From: Heterodontus francisci
Taxonomy: Eukaryota
Length of the DNA: 64,000 nucleotides
Assembly (NCBI RefSeq): GCF_036365525.1
Contig: NC_090404.1
Span: 11,498,550-11,562,549, forward strand
Reading direction: 5' to 3'
A program made the position numbers and the translations under genes. The notes below the pieces were generated by a model. The model worked only from the letters and a program-made list of their open reading frames with translations. It was not told where the DNA came from and made no database searches. Shown here piece by piece: positions 12,500-25,339 of this stretch; the first letter of the stretch is position 1; each line of letters begins with the position of its first letter.

Positions 12500-13507
12500 A
12501 GGAACATGAACATATGTACATACAAATTAGGAGCAGTAGGCCACTTGGCCCCTCAAGTCCGCTCCGCCATTCAACAAGCTCATGGCTGATCTGTTTGTAA
12601 CCTCAACTCCACATTCCCACCTACCCCCATTAACCTTTCACCCCCTTGCTTATTAAGAATCTATCTAGCGCTGGCAAAGATTTGGCAGATGGAGTATAAT
12701 GTGAGAAAATGTGATGTCCTCTTTGATAGGAGGAATAGAAAAGCCAAATATATTTAAATGGAGAGAGACTGCAGAATTCTGCAGTATAGAGGGATCTGGG
12801 TGTCCTCATACATGAATCACAAAAAGTCAGCTTGCAGGTACATCAAGTAATTATCAAGTAAACAGCAAGACAAATGAAGTGTTGCCTTTTATTGCAAGGG
12901 GGATGGAGTATAAATGTAGGGAAGTCTTGCTACAACTGTACACCTAGAGGACTCTGTACAGTTTTGGTCTCCTTATTTAAAGGAGGATATACTTGCATTG
13001 GAGGAAGTTCAGAGAATGTTCATGAGGCTGATCCCGGAGATGAAGGGGTTGCCTTATGAGGAAAGGTTGAACAGGTTGGGCCTGTACTCATTGGAGTTTA
13101 GAAGAATGAGAGGTGATCGTATTGAAACATTTAGGATTCTGAGGGGGCTTCACAGGGTAGATGCTGAGAAGATGTTTCTGTCATGGGGGAAATCTAGAAC
13201 GAGGTAGCAATGTTTCAGAATAAGAGGTCTCCCATTTAAGACAGAAATGAGGAGGAATTTCTTCTCTCAGAGGTTTATTAATCTTTGGAATTCTCTACCC
13301 CGGAGTAGAGGCTGGGTCATTGAATATATTCAAGACTGAATTAGATAGATTTTTGATCTACAAGGGAGTCAAGGGGTAAAGTGGTTGGGGGGGGGGGGGG
13401 AGGCAGGGAGGAAAATGGAGTTGAGGTCACAATCAGATCAGCCATCTCTTTGAATGGTGGAGCAGGCTTGAGGGGCCGAATGGCCTACGCCTCATAGTTC
13501 TTACGTT
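12500..13507 (+). mobile_element. CR1 3' part with an inverted 3' UTR piece at 12500-12668
   Basis: WQMEYNV.KC, YEERLNRLGLYSLEFRRMRGD, 3' UTR 'aggggccgaatggcctac'. Confidence 0.75.
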
Positions 13508-14007
13508 CTCTCCCCAGTGTGAACTCCTTGGTCTGTCAGCAGGGTGGATGACTGAGTAAATCTTTTCACACTCATGGAGCTGGTGAACGGTCTTTCCTCA
13601 GAGTAAGTGCGTTGGTGATTCAGCAGATTTTTTTTTTAAAGGGCTTCTCACAGTCATAAATTTTAAAGGGCCTCTTAGCAGAGTGAACAAGTTGATGTGT
13701 CAGAAGGTGGGATAACTGATTGTATTTATTCTCACACACACAGTAGTTGAATGGCCTCTCGTAGATGTGAATTTGCTGGTGTGTCAGCAGATCCTTTCTG
13801 CTTTTAAATCTGTTCTCACAATCAGAACATTTAAAAGGCCTCTTATCAGTAAGTTGATGTGTCAGAAGGTGGGATAACAGTGAATCCCTTCCAGCAGACG
13901 GCACAGGTGACCAGCCTCTCCCCGGTGTGACTGATCCAATTAGTTTCCAGTTTGGGCGGGTAACTGAATCCCTTCCCACAGTCCCCACATTACCACAGAT
14001 TCTCCAT
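13508..14007 (-). pseudogene. C2H2 ZNF pseudogene
   Basis: Family start 'cgcaccATGgag' at 14007, then stop and frameshifts; [22 protein letters not shown]. Confidence 0.8.
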
Positions 14008-14029
14008 GGTGCGGGTTTGGAGTGCATCA

Positions 14030-15250
14030 TTGTCTAATCACGGAATCACATCTAATGTTGGACACTGTGTTTTGAGTTTTGCAAGCACAGGCTGGTTGTG
14101 TACAGCCTGTACCTTACCCGTTACGAATAGCAGAAGAGACATGTTGAGCAAAGGGCTCGGGCCCTATTTACAAGGTTGCCGATAAGGCCAATCTTATAGC
14201 ACGTGGAATTGTAAGAATCCCAACGCGTGTATTGACCAGTGAAGGTAGGGTTATGGTAGACTGTGGTAGAGAAACCCTTAGCAGCTTGATGCTGCAATAG
14301 GGTGAATCAAAGGCATCCTGTGTGACAATGGCTACCCTGATCAAATCATTTCTCGCTGTATATCGCACAAACTTATGAACGGCCTAAGGTCATCATTTTC
14401 GGCCCTGAAAAGTGCCCAGTCTACCTCAAATTATCCTGGAAGGGTAATGTAGCCCAAAAATTTGAGCAACAGGCAAAGCTAGCTGTTTCATGCTGCGACT
14501 ATGCAGTAGCAACATGTGTGGTGCTTGCCACTAACAGGATGCTGCTGTCAAGCCAAAAGGACATCCTGCCTATCACACAAATGAGTAATGTGATATATGA
14601 ATTTCAATGCCAGTGTGATGCTAGGTACATTAGCTATACGTCCCAAAGACTGGCAGATCTTATCAAACAACATGTTCCTTCCTTTGTTCACAACGGGCAA
14701 GGTACGGGCCGTACCCAACCAGTACGTGCTTGCAACACTCATAACACAGTGTCTAACATTAGATGTGATTCCGCGATTGAACAACATTTGCTAAATAATT
14801 CTCAGTGTGCTAAGAATTATGCTGGCAACTAATTTAAGATTGTCCATAGGACTCGCAGTGTGGCACATTTGTGCGTACTGGAAGCTACATATATTAATAC
14901 ACTTGGCCCTGTTCTTTGCAGACAGAAAGAACATGGACACACATTGCACCTGTTTCAGTTAAACAAAATAAGTGACAGCCATTCGCTGGTTCATTCCTCA
15001 GGGCAATGTCTTGACCAATAAGAGTCAAGCTGTCTGGTTTAAATTTCAAACAAAGATTGGCAGTTAACTGTCAGTCACCGTAAACTGTTGCATTCTCCAT
15101 GGCAATGCCTCTACCAACCAGAGTTCACTTGCTGGCCAATTAGCACTCTCTTCTCATACAGTATAAAGTGCTGCTTTCTCTTACATTGATATTCTTGTGG
15201 ATTGTTCTGATGACTGCAAGATGAAAAACTTCGACAACATGTTGCTATTT
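14030..15250 (+). mobile_element. Penelope family B copy 2 with inverted 5' segments
   Basis: Plus-strand GIY-YIG (IYEFQCQCDARYI..TSQRLADLIKQH); minus-strand RT piece TTVYHNPTFTGQYTRWDS at ~14160-14278. Confidence 0.8.
15202..15237 (+). ncRNA. Hammerhead motif, degenerate stems
   Basis: UUGUU-CUGAUGA-CUGCAAGAU-GAAA-AACU-UC-GACAA; homolog of 7790-7825. Confidence 0.55.
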
Positions 15251-15254
15251 TCAT

Positions 15255-16960
15255 CCTGGGCAGGAGCTCTCAGGATACGGGGAGGGAAGATGCCCCCATA
15301 AGTTTGGTATTCCTGGGGAGGGTAGTGCAGTCCTGCCTATTGTGAGGTACCTCCCCCCCCCCCCCCCCCCCCCCCACCCCAGGAGGCAAATATGCATCTG
15401 CCGCTAGGTCTTGTGCCTGGTTGGAGGGGAGGGTAAGGTCCTTAAGAGTCAGCCGTTCCAGCTAAAGTCTGGTCGTACCCCGGATGTACCCGAACCCGTC
15501 ACTAATGTCACTGAAGAGGGCAAGCAAAGGGTTAAGATTAGCTAGCTTCATGATTAACCAGGCTGGAGTTACACAAATACAGATGCAGCTGCCAGAACAC
15601 AAGGGAAGATGTGTGCAAGGTAAAGATTTCTGATAAAACACATGGTGCTGTCTGTTCATGGTCACAGGAACAAAGGCGATGTGAATTTTTAATACAGAAT
15701 GTAATGTGTTAATTGCTTGAGGTTAACGTGGTCTGTTGACATGTACTTTTGAGCTTTGGTTAAAGGCTGTGTAACCACTGTGGACGTGTCTTCATTGTAA
15801 TAGGGTAATATAATCACTGTGTACAAGTGAGCTTTAATTAAACAATGTCAATTTCATGTCAACCTGTGATTGGTGTATGCTAATAATTGGATCTATCTGA
15901 ACTGTATAATAATCATGGAATGTAATTGATCGGGGAGCCATATGGGATCAGTGGATATGTGCAACTCCCTTGCATATGTTTGAATAAACCGATGGAAAAA
16001 GACTTGAATCTCGTCTGGTGACTGCAGGTGCGAGTGAACTCCCATGACAGTCACTAATGTAAATAATGCCCTGCCTGCTGAGCTTGTGGGTGCTGGCAGG
16101 GTGGGAGATGGCCTCCTCTCTCCAGCTTCGGTCCCAGCTACGGCTGGATTTCTGGAGTCGGAAGCAACCATCTCCCCTGGGCCGCTCACAAGCCGGGGGA
16201 CTGGGGTGGGGGGAGGAGTCCTAAACTACTGGCATCCATAAGCCCAGTTTCCCCAGAGGAGCCCTGGGAAGACTCCCCTTCCATCGGTCCTGAGATCGCG
16301 ACGGAGGTGGAACCAGCTGGTGTGGCCAAGAGGTCAGCCTCAAGCATGTATGGGTGTGTCGGCCGCTAGCGGTGACTACCCAGAGGAGGATGGGACTCAG
16401 TATGGGGCATGGATATGATGTTGAAGCCATCGCCAGTGAGGCAGTGCACTACTTCGTGCCCTATATCGAGTCTCCTCTCATCCCCATTGCGGAACTCCAG
16501 AACTTACTTGCTGCCTGCTGACGTTGCTGCAATAAAGTTCAGCTGGCCCTCGACTGGTGGTCGGATCTGGCGCTGATCATCTGATCCGTCCGTGCTGTCC
16601 TCAAAGATTTGGGTAAGGGTGCACACTTCCACTTCCCTCCTCACAGTAAGGTGTTGGTAATGGGATCAAAGTACTTTTGACATGAAGCTATCCATAGTCA
16701 GCCTCAACATCAATGGCAGCAGGAGGTCTCTCTGCAGATTTCACAATCTCTCAGTCCTCAGGGAAGGGAGGTATGCGGTGAGCTTTCTGCAGGAAACACT
16801 CATCATTCCAGGAAATGAGTGCCAGCAGATCTTTTCTGCCACGTCCTCCCCGAGGATCGATTGGTCCAGAAAGCAGGCCATCAGGGGGTCCGTCTGCCCT
16901 GATTGCCTGCTCCTCTTCCGAAGTTACATTCGCGGCAGGGTGTCCCTGGAAAGGGAGCAT
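15255..16960 (+). mobile_element. Tx1/L1-like LINE remnant with large internal deletion
   Basis: ORF2 start MKLSIVSLNINGSR...SFLQET joined directly to a C-terminal-like segment SRKQAIRG...FRSYIRGRVSLEREH; GC-rich ORF1-like sequence upstream. Confidence 0.6.
15506..16049 (+). mobile_element. Solo LTR-like insertion, 544 bp
   Basis: TGTCA...TGACA termini, TATA-like motif ~15905, AATAAA ~15983, flanking direct repeat GTCACTAA. Confidence 0.7.
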
Positions 16961-17054
16961 GGGTACAGAACAGGTACAACACAGGGTTAGATTAAAAAAA
17001 AAGAGTTAGATACAGATCCCTCTACACTGGTCCATCAAACACTCCCAGGACAGT

Positions 17055-18475
17055 TGTAGAGATAAGGCAGGGAACTATAGACCAATGAGTCTCATGTCAG
17101 TGGTAGGGAAACTATTGGAGAAAATTCTGAAGGAGAGAATCTATCTCCACTTGGAGAGGCAAAATTTGATTAGGAATAGTCAACATGGCTTTGTCAGAGT
17201 GAGGTCATGCCTAACAAATTTGATTGCCTTTTTTGAGCAGGTGACCAGATGTGTAGATGAGGGTGGTGCAGTTGATGTAGTTTACATGGATTTCAGCAAA
17301 GCCTTTGACTAGGTCCCACATGGGAGATTTATCAAGAAAGCAAATGCACATGGGATACAGGGTAACTTGATAAGGTGGATTCAAAATTGGCTTAGCTGTA
17401 CAAGACAGAGAGTGATGACAGACGGCTGTTTTAGTGACTGGAAGCCAGTGTCCAGTGGCGTACTACAGGGATCTGTGCTGGGTCCCCCATTGTTTGTCAT
17501 TTATATAAACAACATAGATGATTATGTGGGGGGGTAGGATCAGTAAGTTCGCGGATGACACAAAGATTGGCCGAGTGGTTAACAGTGAGGTTGAGTGTCT
17601 TGGGTTACAGGAAGATATAGACGGGATGGTCAAATTGGCAGAAAAGTGGCAGATGGAATTTAACGCTGAAAAGTGTGAGGTGATACACTTTGGAAGGAGT
17701 AATGTGACACGGAAGTATTCAATGAATGGCCTGATACTGGGAAGTTCCGAGGAACAAAGGGACCTGGGCGTGTTTGTCCATAGATCTCTGAAGGCAGAAG
17801 GGCAAGTAAACAGGTTGGTGAAGAAGGCATATGGGACACTTGCCTTTATCAATCGAGGCATAGATTACAAAAGCAGGGAGGTCATGTTGGAGTTGTATAG
17901 AACTTTGGTAAGGCCACAGCTGGAGGACTGTGTGCAATTGTGGTCACCAAATTATAGGAAGGATGTGATTGCACTGGAGCGGGTGCAGAGGTGATTCACC
18001 AGGATGGTGCCTGGGATGGAATATTTAAGCTATGAAGAGAGGTTGGATAGGCTTGGGTTGTTTTCGCTGGAGCAGAGAAGACTGAGGGGTGACCTGATCG
18101 AGGTGTACAAGATTATGAGGGGCATGGACAGGGTGGATAGGGAGCAGCTGTTCCCCTTAGCTGAAGGGTCAGTTACGAGAGGACACAAGTTTAGGGTGAG
18201 GGGCAAGAGGTTTAAGTGGAATTTGAGGAAGAACCTTTTTACCCAGAGGGTGGTGATGGTCTGGAATGCACTGCCTGGGAGGGTGGTAGAGGCGGGTTGC
18301 CTCACATCCTTCAAAAAGTACCTGGATGAGCACTTGGCACGTCATAACATTCAAGGCTATGGGCCAAATGCTGGCAAATGGGATTAGGTGGACAGGTCAG
18401 GTGTCTTTAATGCATCTGTGCAGACCCGATGGGCCGAAGGGCCTCTTCGGCACTGTATTATTCTGTGATTCTGTG
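17055..18475 (+). mobile_element. CR1 LINE RT to 3' end, disrupted
   Basis: NYRP.SL.SVVGKLLE, QHGF, YMDFSKAFD, KFADDTK, FTQRVV.VWNALP, tail (TTCTGTGA)n. Confidence 0.9.
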
Positions 18476-18569
18476 ACAGGTACAGCACGGGTTAAATACA
18501 GAGTAAAGCTTCCTCTATGCTATCGCATCAAACACTCTAGGTAGATACAACGGAGCCCAGTCATAGGAG

Positions 18570-19910
18570 GAACATAGGAAGATAGGAACAGGAGTAGGCC
18601 ATTCAGCCCCTCGAGCCTGTCCCACCATTCAATGAGATCATGGCTGATCCGCGGCCTAACTCCATATACCTGCCTTTGGCCCATATCCTTTAATATCTTT
18701 GCTTAACAAAAATCTATCTCAGATTTAAAATTAACAACTGTTCTAGCTTCAACTGCTGTTTGTGGGAGAGAGTTCCAAACCTCTACCACCCTTTGCGTGA
18801 AGAAGTGCTTCCTAACATCTCTCCTGAACGGTCTGGTCCTAATTTTTAGACTATGCCCCCTAGTTTTAGAACCTCCAACCAGTGGAAATAGTTTATCTTT
18901 ATCTAGCCTGTCTTTTCCTGTTAATATCTTGAAGATTTCAATCAGATCACCCCTTAACCGTCTAAATTTTAGCGAAAACAGGCCTAATTTGTGTAATCTC
19001 TCCTCGTAACTTAACCCCTGTAGTCCAAGTATCATTTTTGTAAACCTACGTTGCACTCCCACCAAGGTCAATATATCCTTCCTCGGGTGTGGTGCCCAGA
19101 ACTGCTCACAGTACTCCAAGTGGGATCTAACCAGGGTTTTGTACAGCTGCAGCATAACCTCTGTGTCTTTATATTCCAATCCTCTAGATATAAAGGCTAG
19201 CATTCCAATAGCCTTTTTGATTATTTTCTGCACTTGCTCGTGGCATTTTAAAGATCTATGAACCTGAACCACCACCCCCCCCCCCCCCCCCAAGTCTCTT
19301 TGAACATCCACTGTATTTAACCTCTTCCCATTTAGAAAGTACACTGCTCTATCCTTTTTTGGTCCAAAATAGATAACCTCACACTTGCCCGCATTGAAAT
19401 CCATCTGCCACAGTTTTGCCCATTCACCTAGTCTGTCAATATCTCTTTGCAATTTTATGCAATCATCTAGACTGTCTACAATGCTGCCTAACTTTGTATC
19501 ATCAGCAAATTTGGATTTATGACTTACTATGCCATCATCCAAGTCGTTAATGAATAATGTGAATAATTGAGACCCCAACACAGATCCCTGCGGGACACCA
19601 CTAGTCACATCCTGCCAATCGGAGTATTTACCCATTATCCCCACTCTCTTTCACCTACCATTCAACCAACTTCCTAACCATGTCAATAATGTCAACTCCA
19701 TGGGCTTCTACCTTAGTTAACAGTCTCTTATGTGGGACTTTATCAAATGCCTTCTGGAAGTCCATATAAATAACATCTAGGGAACTCTGAAAGACTATAG
19801 TTAGGGCATCTATAATGTGCTCCCCTACTTCCTTCAACACCCTCGGATGGAAACCGCCAGGTCCTGGGGATTTCTCACTCTTTAGTTCCATTAATTTCCT
19901 TGTTCCTGAT
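18570..19910 (-). mobile_element. CR1 LINE RT to 3' end with internal deletions
   Basis: 313-aa ORF with GVPQGSVLG, KFADDTKLG, HFFTQRVVEVWNSLP; KSPGP motif. Confidence 0.9.
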
Positions 19911-20879
19911 GATTTACTTATGTTAATTGTATTAAGTCCTCACTGAGTCCCCATTGCTCCATGATTGCTAGCTGCTGTCTTTGTGCAGATGCTGTGGACC
20001 AGGACGGAAGAAAGGCTAGTCTTTGGCAGGATCCCTATCTTTCTGAAGACTCACTGACATTAAACTCTCCAGGGAACAACAAAAAACAGTGGGTTAGATA
20101 CAGAGTAAAGCTCCCTCTACACTGTCCTGTCAAACATTCTCAGATCAGGCACAGCTCAGCCAGGGACTCTGAGTTAATATCAATGGAGATGAAGTTACTT
20201 GATGTCGGTAAAACATCATTAAATTGGCCCACCATGTTCAGAATTGCTTTCCCTAATACCAGCCCCAATCTGTGCATTCATAGAATCAATTTGCATTTGT
20301 TTTCCACACTTTTTTTGAAATTAGTATTCATGAAACTATTTTGGTGCGAACTGATTGGATAGGAGCAGAGCTGGTAATATTTCAAAGCACACACTGATCA
20401 CCCAGAAAGAACTGTGTGGCAACGAATGGTGAAGAGTGAAAAATCAGTGAAAGATTAACAGCCGAACATGCTAGCCAATTGCACCACAGGGACTAACACG
20501 ATCAAGTGGTACAAGACACTCCAAAGCAGTGTCAGTGAATTAAAGTTTCAGGTAGTGTGTGACCTGTATGATCCTGGCAGAGATCAGATTTTCCATTCAG
20601 ACGCTGCGGGATGATTCCTGGGGGTTTTACTGCCATCTGGTGGAATAAATCAGACTTTTCTCCCAGCAATTTTTCCTTCAATGGTTAGAACTATTGTTTA
20701 CGAGTTTCTTTTGTAAGACATTCAGAAGGCGACAACACCAAAACGGTTGTGTCCATTACATATTTGTATTTAGTACAAAACAAAGCACATTCAACAATGT
20801 CAAATTGCTCCAAAAAAAAAATATCTTAGAAGCTAAGGCGATAGATACAATATAAGTGGCATGACCTGTTCCCACCGCG

Positions 20880-21130
20880 TTGATACAGAGAGAACCAACA
20901 GGACGGAGATTGTTTAAGGTTTGTGTGTGAGAGAGAGGCAGAGACAGAGAGGACAGAGTGTGATACAGAGAGAATCCAACAGGACAGAGATTGTTTAAGG
21001 TTTGTGTGTCTATATATGTGTGTGAGAGAGAGGCAGCGACAGACAGAGAGGACAGAGTGTGATACAGAGAGAATCCAACAGGAGGGAGATTGATAAAGGT
21101 GTGTGTGTGTGTGAGGACAGAGTGTGATAA
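20880..21130 (+). repeat. Imperfect tandem repeat (~80-100 bp, 3 units) with GT/GA microsatellites
   Basis: 'tgatacagagagaatccaacagga..gagattg' occurs three times. Confidence 0.75.
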
Positions 21131-21299
21131 GGATCCTCAGTCAACCTCTGCACTGAACTTCTGCTCGATAACTTCAGCCATTTTAACGCTTCTTTCTCTC
21201 TCTCTCTCTCCTCTAAGTCCACTACCCTCCTTTCCTCCTTAAATTTCTCCCTTGACATATAAGCTCTCCTGGCCATATTTCCATCCTGTATCAGACCTT

Positions 21300-21500
21300 C
21301 CCCGCTCTCCTTTCTCCCCACCTCTGGACTCGCTTTAAAACCTGTTACATCTCTAACCTTTTTCCAATTCTGAAGAAAGGTCACTCACCCAAAACGTTAA
21401 CTTTGTTTCTCCCTCTAGATTTGCTGCCAGTTCTGCTGAGGATTTCCAGCATTTTCTGTTTTCATTTCAGATTTCCAGCATCCTCAGTGCATTTCCTTTT
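21300..21500 (+). mobile_element. Penelope A-type terminus fragment with degenerate hammerhead
   Basis: 'ttctgaagaaaggtcactcacccaaaacgttaac...ctgctgaggatttccagcattttctg'. Confidence 0.6.
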
Positions 21501-24500
21501 GCACTCAAATGGGTTGAAGGATCATCTCCGGGTAGCTACCGTTAGACCCGGCTCCCCAGGCAAAGAGGCTTCATTCAGGAGACTGTCATATGACAGAGGG
21601 TCTATTCCCCCGCCCCCGATACAGACAGATTCAGTTTGGACTCTCCCAAACCTGAGGGACATGTTCTGAGACACAGACTCACTCTGGGCTGGGTGGAGCG
21701 TGGTTTGAGTGATAGGCCTCATGATATATCAGGACTGGTCTGAGCCACTGCTCCTGGAATGGACAGATGCAGTCAGGTTAGTGAAGGTCTCTGGTTTTAA
21801 ACTCTATCTCACTCAACAGCTACTTTAAATATTTTGTGGGACTGTTTGAGTGTGTGTCTCTGAACCGTGTTATGGGACTTTTTATTCCCAAAAATATACT
21901 TTAGTCATAAAAATGTTTTTAAAAAATTACAATGCAGTTTAAAACAGCGCCGAGCAAAGAAAATCAGTTTTATTCAATACAGGAGTGAGTTGCCTCACAA
22001 CCCTTGCATTCCATTTTACGTGCCACGTACATTTTACAGCAAACCCATATTTGGTGTATACAGCCCGAGGGGTTTCCCATGCGTCCAGCCCCATATTGTG
22101 GGACTTTGTGAGTGTGTGTAGATATAGCTCTTGGGTCTAAAGGGATCAAAGGGAGAAAGCGGGAACAGGTTACTCAGCCATGATGGTAATGAATGCCGGA
22201 GCAGGCTCGAAGGGCCGAATGGCCGACTCCTGCTCCTATTTTCTATGTGTGTGTCTTTGAACCATATTGATGCCTCCCTCGGGGTTGGGTTTTTATGGCA
22301 ATCCTCACAATTCATCCATTCCCTCCCCGGCAATTTCCCACCAGTCTTGTTATCCTCCTTTGTCAACAGACCCCGCTCTCCCCACGGTATAATTACCCTC
22401 CTCCTGTGTCTTGGTGTAATAGTGCAGTCCGGGTGGTTGTGAACCGGTCTCCCATTTCACATCTCTCTGCTGTTTTTACATCAACGCGAGTAAAACTCGG
22501 GAGAGCTGGAAAGCAGGATCCCGGTTCATTATCACTGGTACAACAACACAGCACTGAGTCCAAATCTCCCCCAGTGAGAGTCAGTGAGACACAGTAACTA
22601 GATATCCAGGGAGAAGGACAGAACTGAGTGAGAGAGAAATAAACAGAGGGGGAGGGAGGAACCGGTGATAGGAACTGAGAGCAGAGATACCGAGATATTG
22701 ACAAGAGAGATGGAAGGGCTGGAAGAGATGGAGGGAGAGAGAGAGAAGAGATTAAGAACTTGTAGAAATGTAGAGAGGCAGAATTATAAAGGATGTCGAG
22801 AGATACAAAGATGTGGAGAGGCTGAGATACGAACAGCCAGGGAGGTGCAGAGATAAAGTTACAAGAGATGGAGAGGGTGAAATATACAGGTTACATTGGG
22901 TGCTCTGGAGCAGCGGTTCCCCCTTGTTCTAAAAATATCTCAAACCCCCTAAAACCTTTCATGTAGGTAAGAATAAGTGACACAGAGAAACAGATATCTT
23001 TATTATGCTTCCCCTCTGGAGGAAGCTCTTATTCAAGGATTCCTCTTGCTCTCTGCATCGACATGTTGCAGCTTCTAAGATCTCCTGGAGAGACAGAAAT
23101 GGAACTTTGATGAGAACAAAGCAAAGACTTTTAAAAGACACAGCAAGATCCCAGGACTCCTTTTCTCTCTGTCACTCACTAACATGGACAATCTCAGCAA
23201 CACCATTTACACGTCCCCCGCTGTAAAGAGGGAACAGATTTAAAATGTGAGAGGGGCTATTAGTTGCTGAGATCTTGTCCATTGTCATGTTAATCCAGGT
23301 ACCATATCTGCTTTGAGCAGAGACATTCCAGGGAGCTGCTTTTTGATGATCTGTGAACTTATCTCTACAAGGCCATTGTTGAGAATATTTGCTGCATTTT
23401 TCAGCTAATCAACAGGAGGACAGTGACATGACCAGGCCCCAGTCTGTCCAGAAGCTGATAAACTCTCTTTAAAACTGCCATTAAAGGTGCTAATTCCTTA
23501 TCATTTGCCAGGATTTATCGTTGCAAATCAGACTTTTGGAAAGGTTGTGAGAAGTGGGGGCTTCCCTACACAGGCTGGGGGCTGAGCAGTCACTAAACAG
23601 TGGAGAACCTCAGAGCCTGTCTCTCTCCCTCTGTGTTTAACCTGTTATTTCAATCTGTTTCTCTCCCTCAATTTCTCTGTGTCTCACCATCTGTTTATGC
23701 CACATTATAAAACACAAACACGGCTGATCCCCCATCCCTCTCCTGTTCACTGCTCCTGTACCCACTCAGTCCAGGATTGGTGTTTTGTACATTCGATGTT
23801 ACAGTGGGGAAAAAGCTGCTGATTCCTTCAGCGGCCCTTTTAAAATCACTGTCCCAGGCTTTATTTGCATAAATCAGATCTTCTGAAAGGGTGTGACTGA
23901 GGGGATTTACTTCACAGGCGGGAACTGGGCAGTGATGACACACTGGAGACGCCCCAGATCTTATATCTCTTCATCCCCTTGTCCCTCTGTATTGCTGTCT
24001 CTCCCACTGTTTCCCTCACTCTCTCCTTTCTCTCTTTCCCGTTTCTGTCATTGAGAGAGAGTGAGACAGAGAAAAATCCACAATCAGAAGCTAAGTAAAA
24101 TGAGTTAAAATGGCTCCTGCACGTTGCATTTTAACATCAAAATTCATCACACTGCCTAAAACATAAGTATTATTCAGGAATTATAACAAATCTTGTGAAA
24201 ACACTGCTGATGATTAGAAAATTAATTAACTTTTGAAACGTGGTCATTTTTGCAAAGTCCAAAATGCTAAAGGCCATTTGTGCACAGCAAGAACCCACAA
24301 ACAGCAATATGATCAGAGCCAAATAAATCTGTTTTTTGCTGGGAATTGATGAAAAGACAAGGCAGGAATATTTTCAAACAAAATAGCAAAAGCCCAGGGT
24401 CCCTCTCTGTTACAAACAATATATCAGCAACATCCAAATACAAATTACACTTATAAACCACAGGCGTAAAAGATTAAAACTGTCACCTACACCCTATGTG

Positions 24501-24769
24501 TGTATCTCCCTGTCTCTCCCTAATTCTGTCTTAAATTTCTATCTGGGCTGCATCTCTGCCCCTCTTTCTCATTCTCCTCCACCTCCACACCCCCCACCCC
24601 CTTGCCACATCCATAATCACTGACCCTTTCTCTCTATCTCAAGATGTTTTCTTCATTGGAATGTGTTCTCAAATATTTCTGTCGAAGCATTTTGAAAAAT
24701 GCAATCAGATTGCTGTGTGAGGCATGTTTTTATGTATTTAAAAACTTTAAATAGAGAAACAGTGAGAGA

Positions 24770-25200
24770 GAAAGCGTCTGTTCTTTCATTCAATAAGATT
24801 GTGGCTGATTTACCCAACAACCGGCCTCCCACACTTTCCCCAGATTCTTTGATTCCCCTCGTATCCAAAACCCTATCCCTCGCTGTCTTTAATGTACTCA
24901 GGCACGGAGCATCCACAGTCCTCTGAGGTAGAGAATTTCAATCCTGAATGAAAAGATTTTCTCCTCACCTCAGTCCTAAATGCCTGAAGTCTTAGTCTGA
25001 GACTGTGACTCTTAGTTCTAGACTCCCCAGCCAGGGGGAACATCTTTCCAGCATCTGCACTGTCAAGCCTGTTCAATGTTTCAATGAGATCACCTCGAAT
25101 TCTTCTAAACTCGAGTGAATAGGGGTCTAGTCTACTCAATTTCTCCTGATAGGACAATCATAGAATCAGTCTAGTGAACCTACATTTGCACTCTCTCTCA
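24770..25200 (-). mobile_element. CR1 3' fragment
   Basis: SYQEKLSRL..YSLEFRRIRGDLIET. Confidence 0.75.
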
Positions 25201-25339
25201 AGCAAGTATATTCAAAGCTGTTATTAATCACATGTAGGACCCAACTATCGAGTGGGCCCATACACTTGGGTTTCTGTAAGAGTAGTTTGTTAATTTCATC
25301 TCAATTTTATGACAAAAATATTATTCTCTATTCCAATAG

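Noticed and set aside
12098-12500. AT-rich segment possibly an LTR starting at TGTAGG (11745)
   Set aside because: No matching CA end, poly(A) signal arrangement or TSD could be defined.
15352-15380. Long C/G homopolymers (also 13387 and 19275) as functional G-quadruplexes
   Set aside because: They lie inside decayed retroelements and are consistent with slippage expansions.
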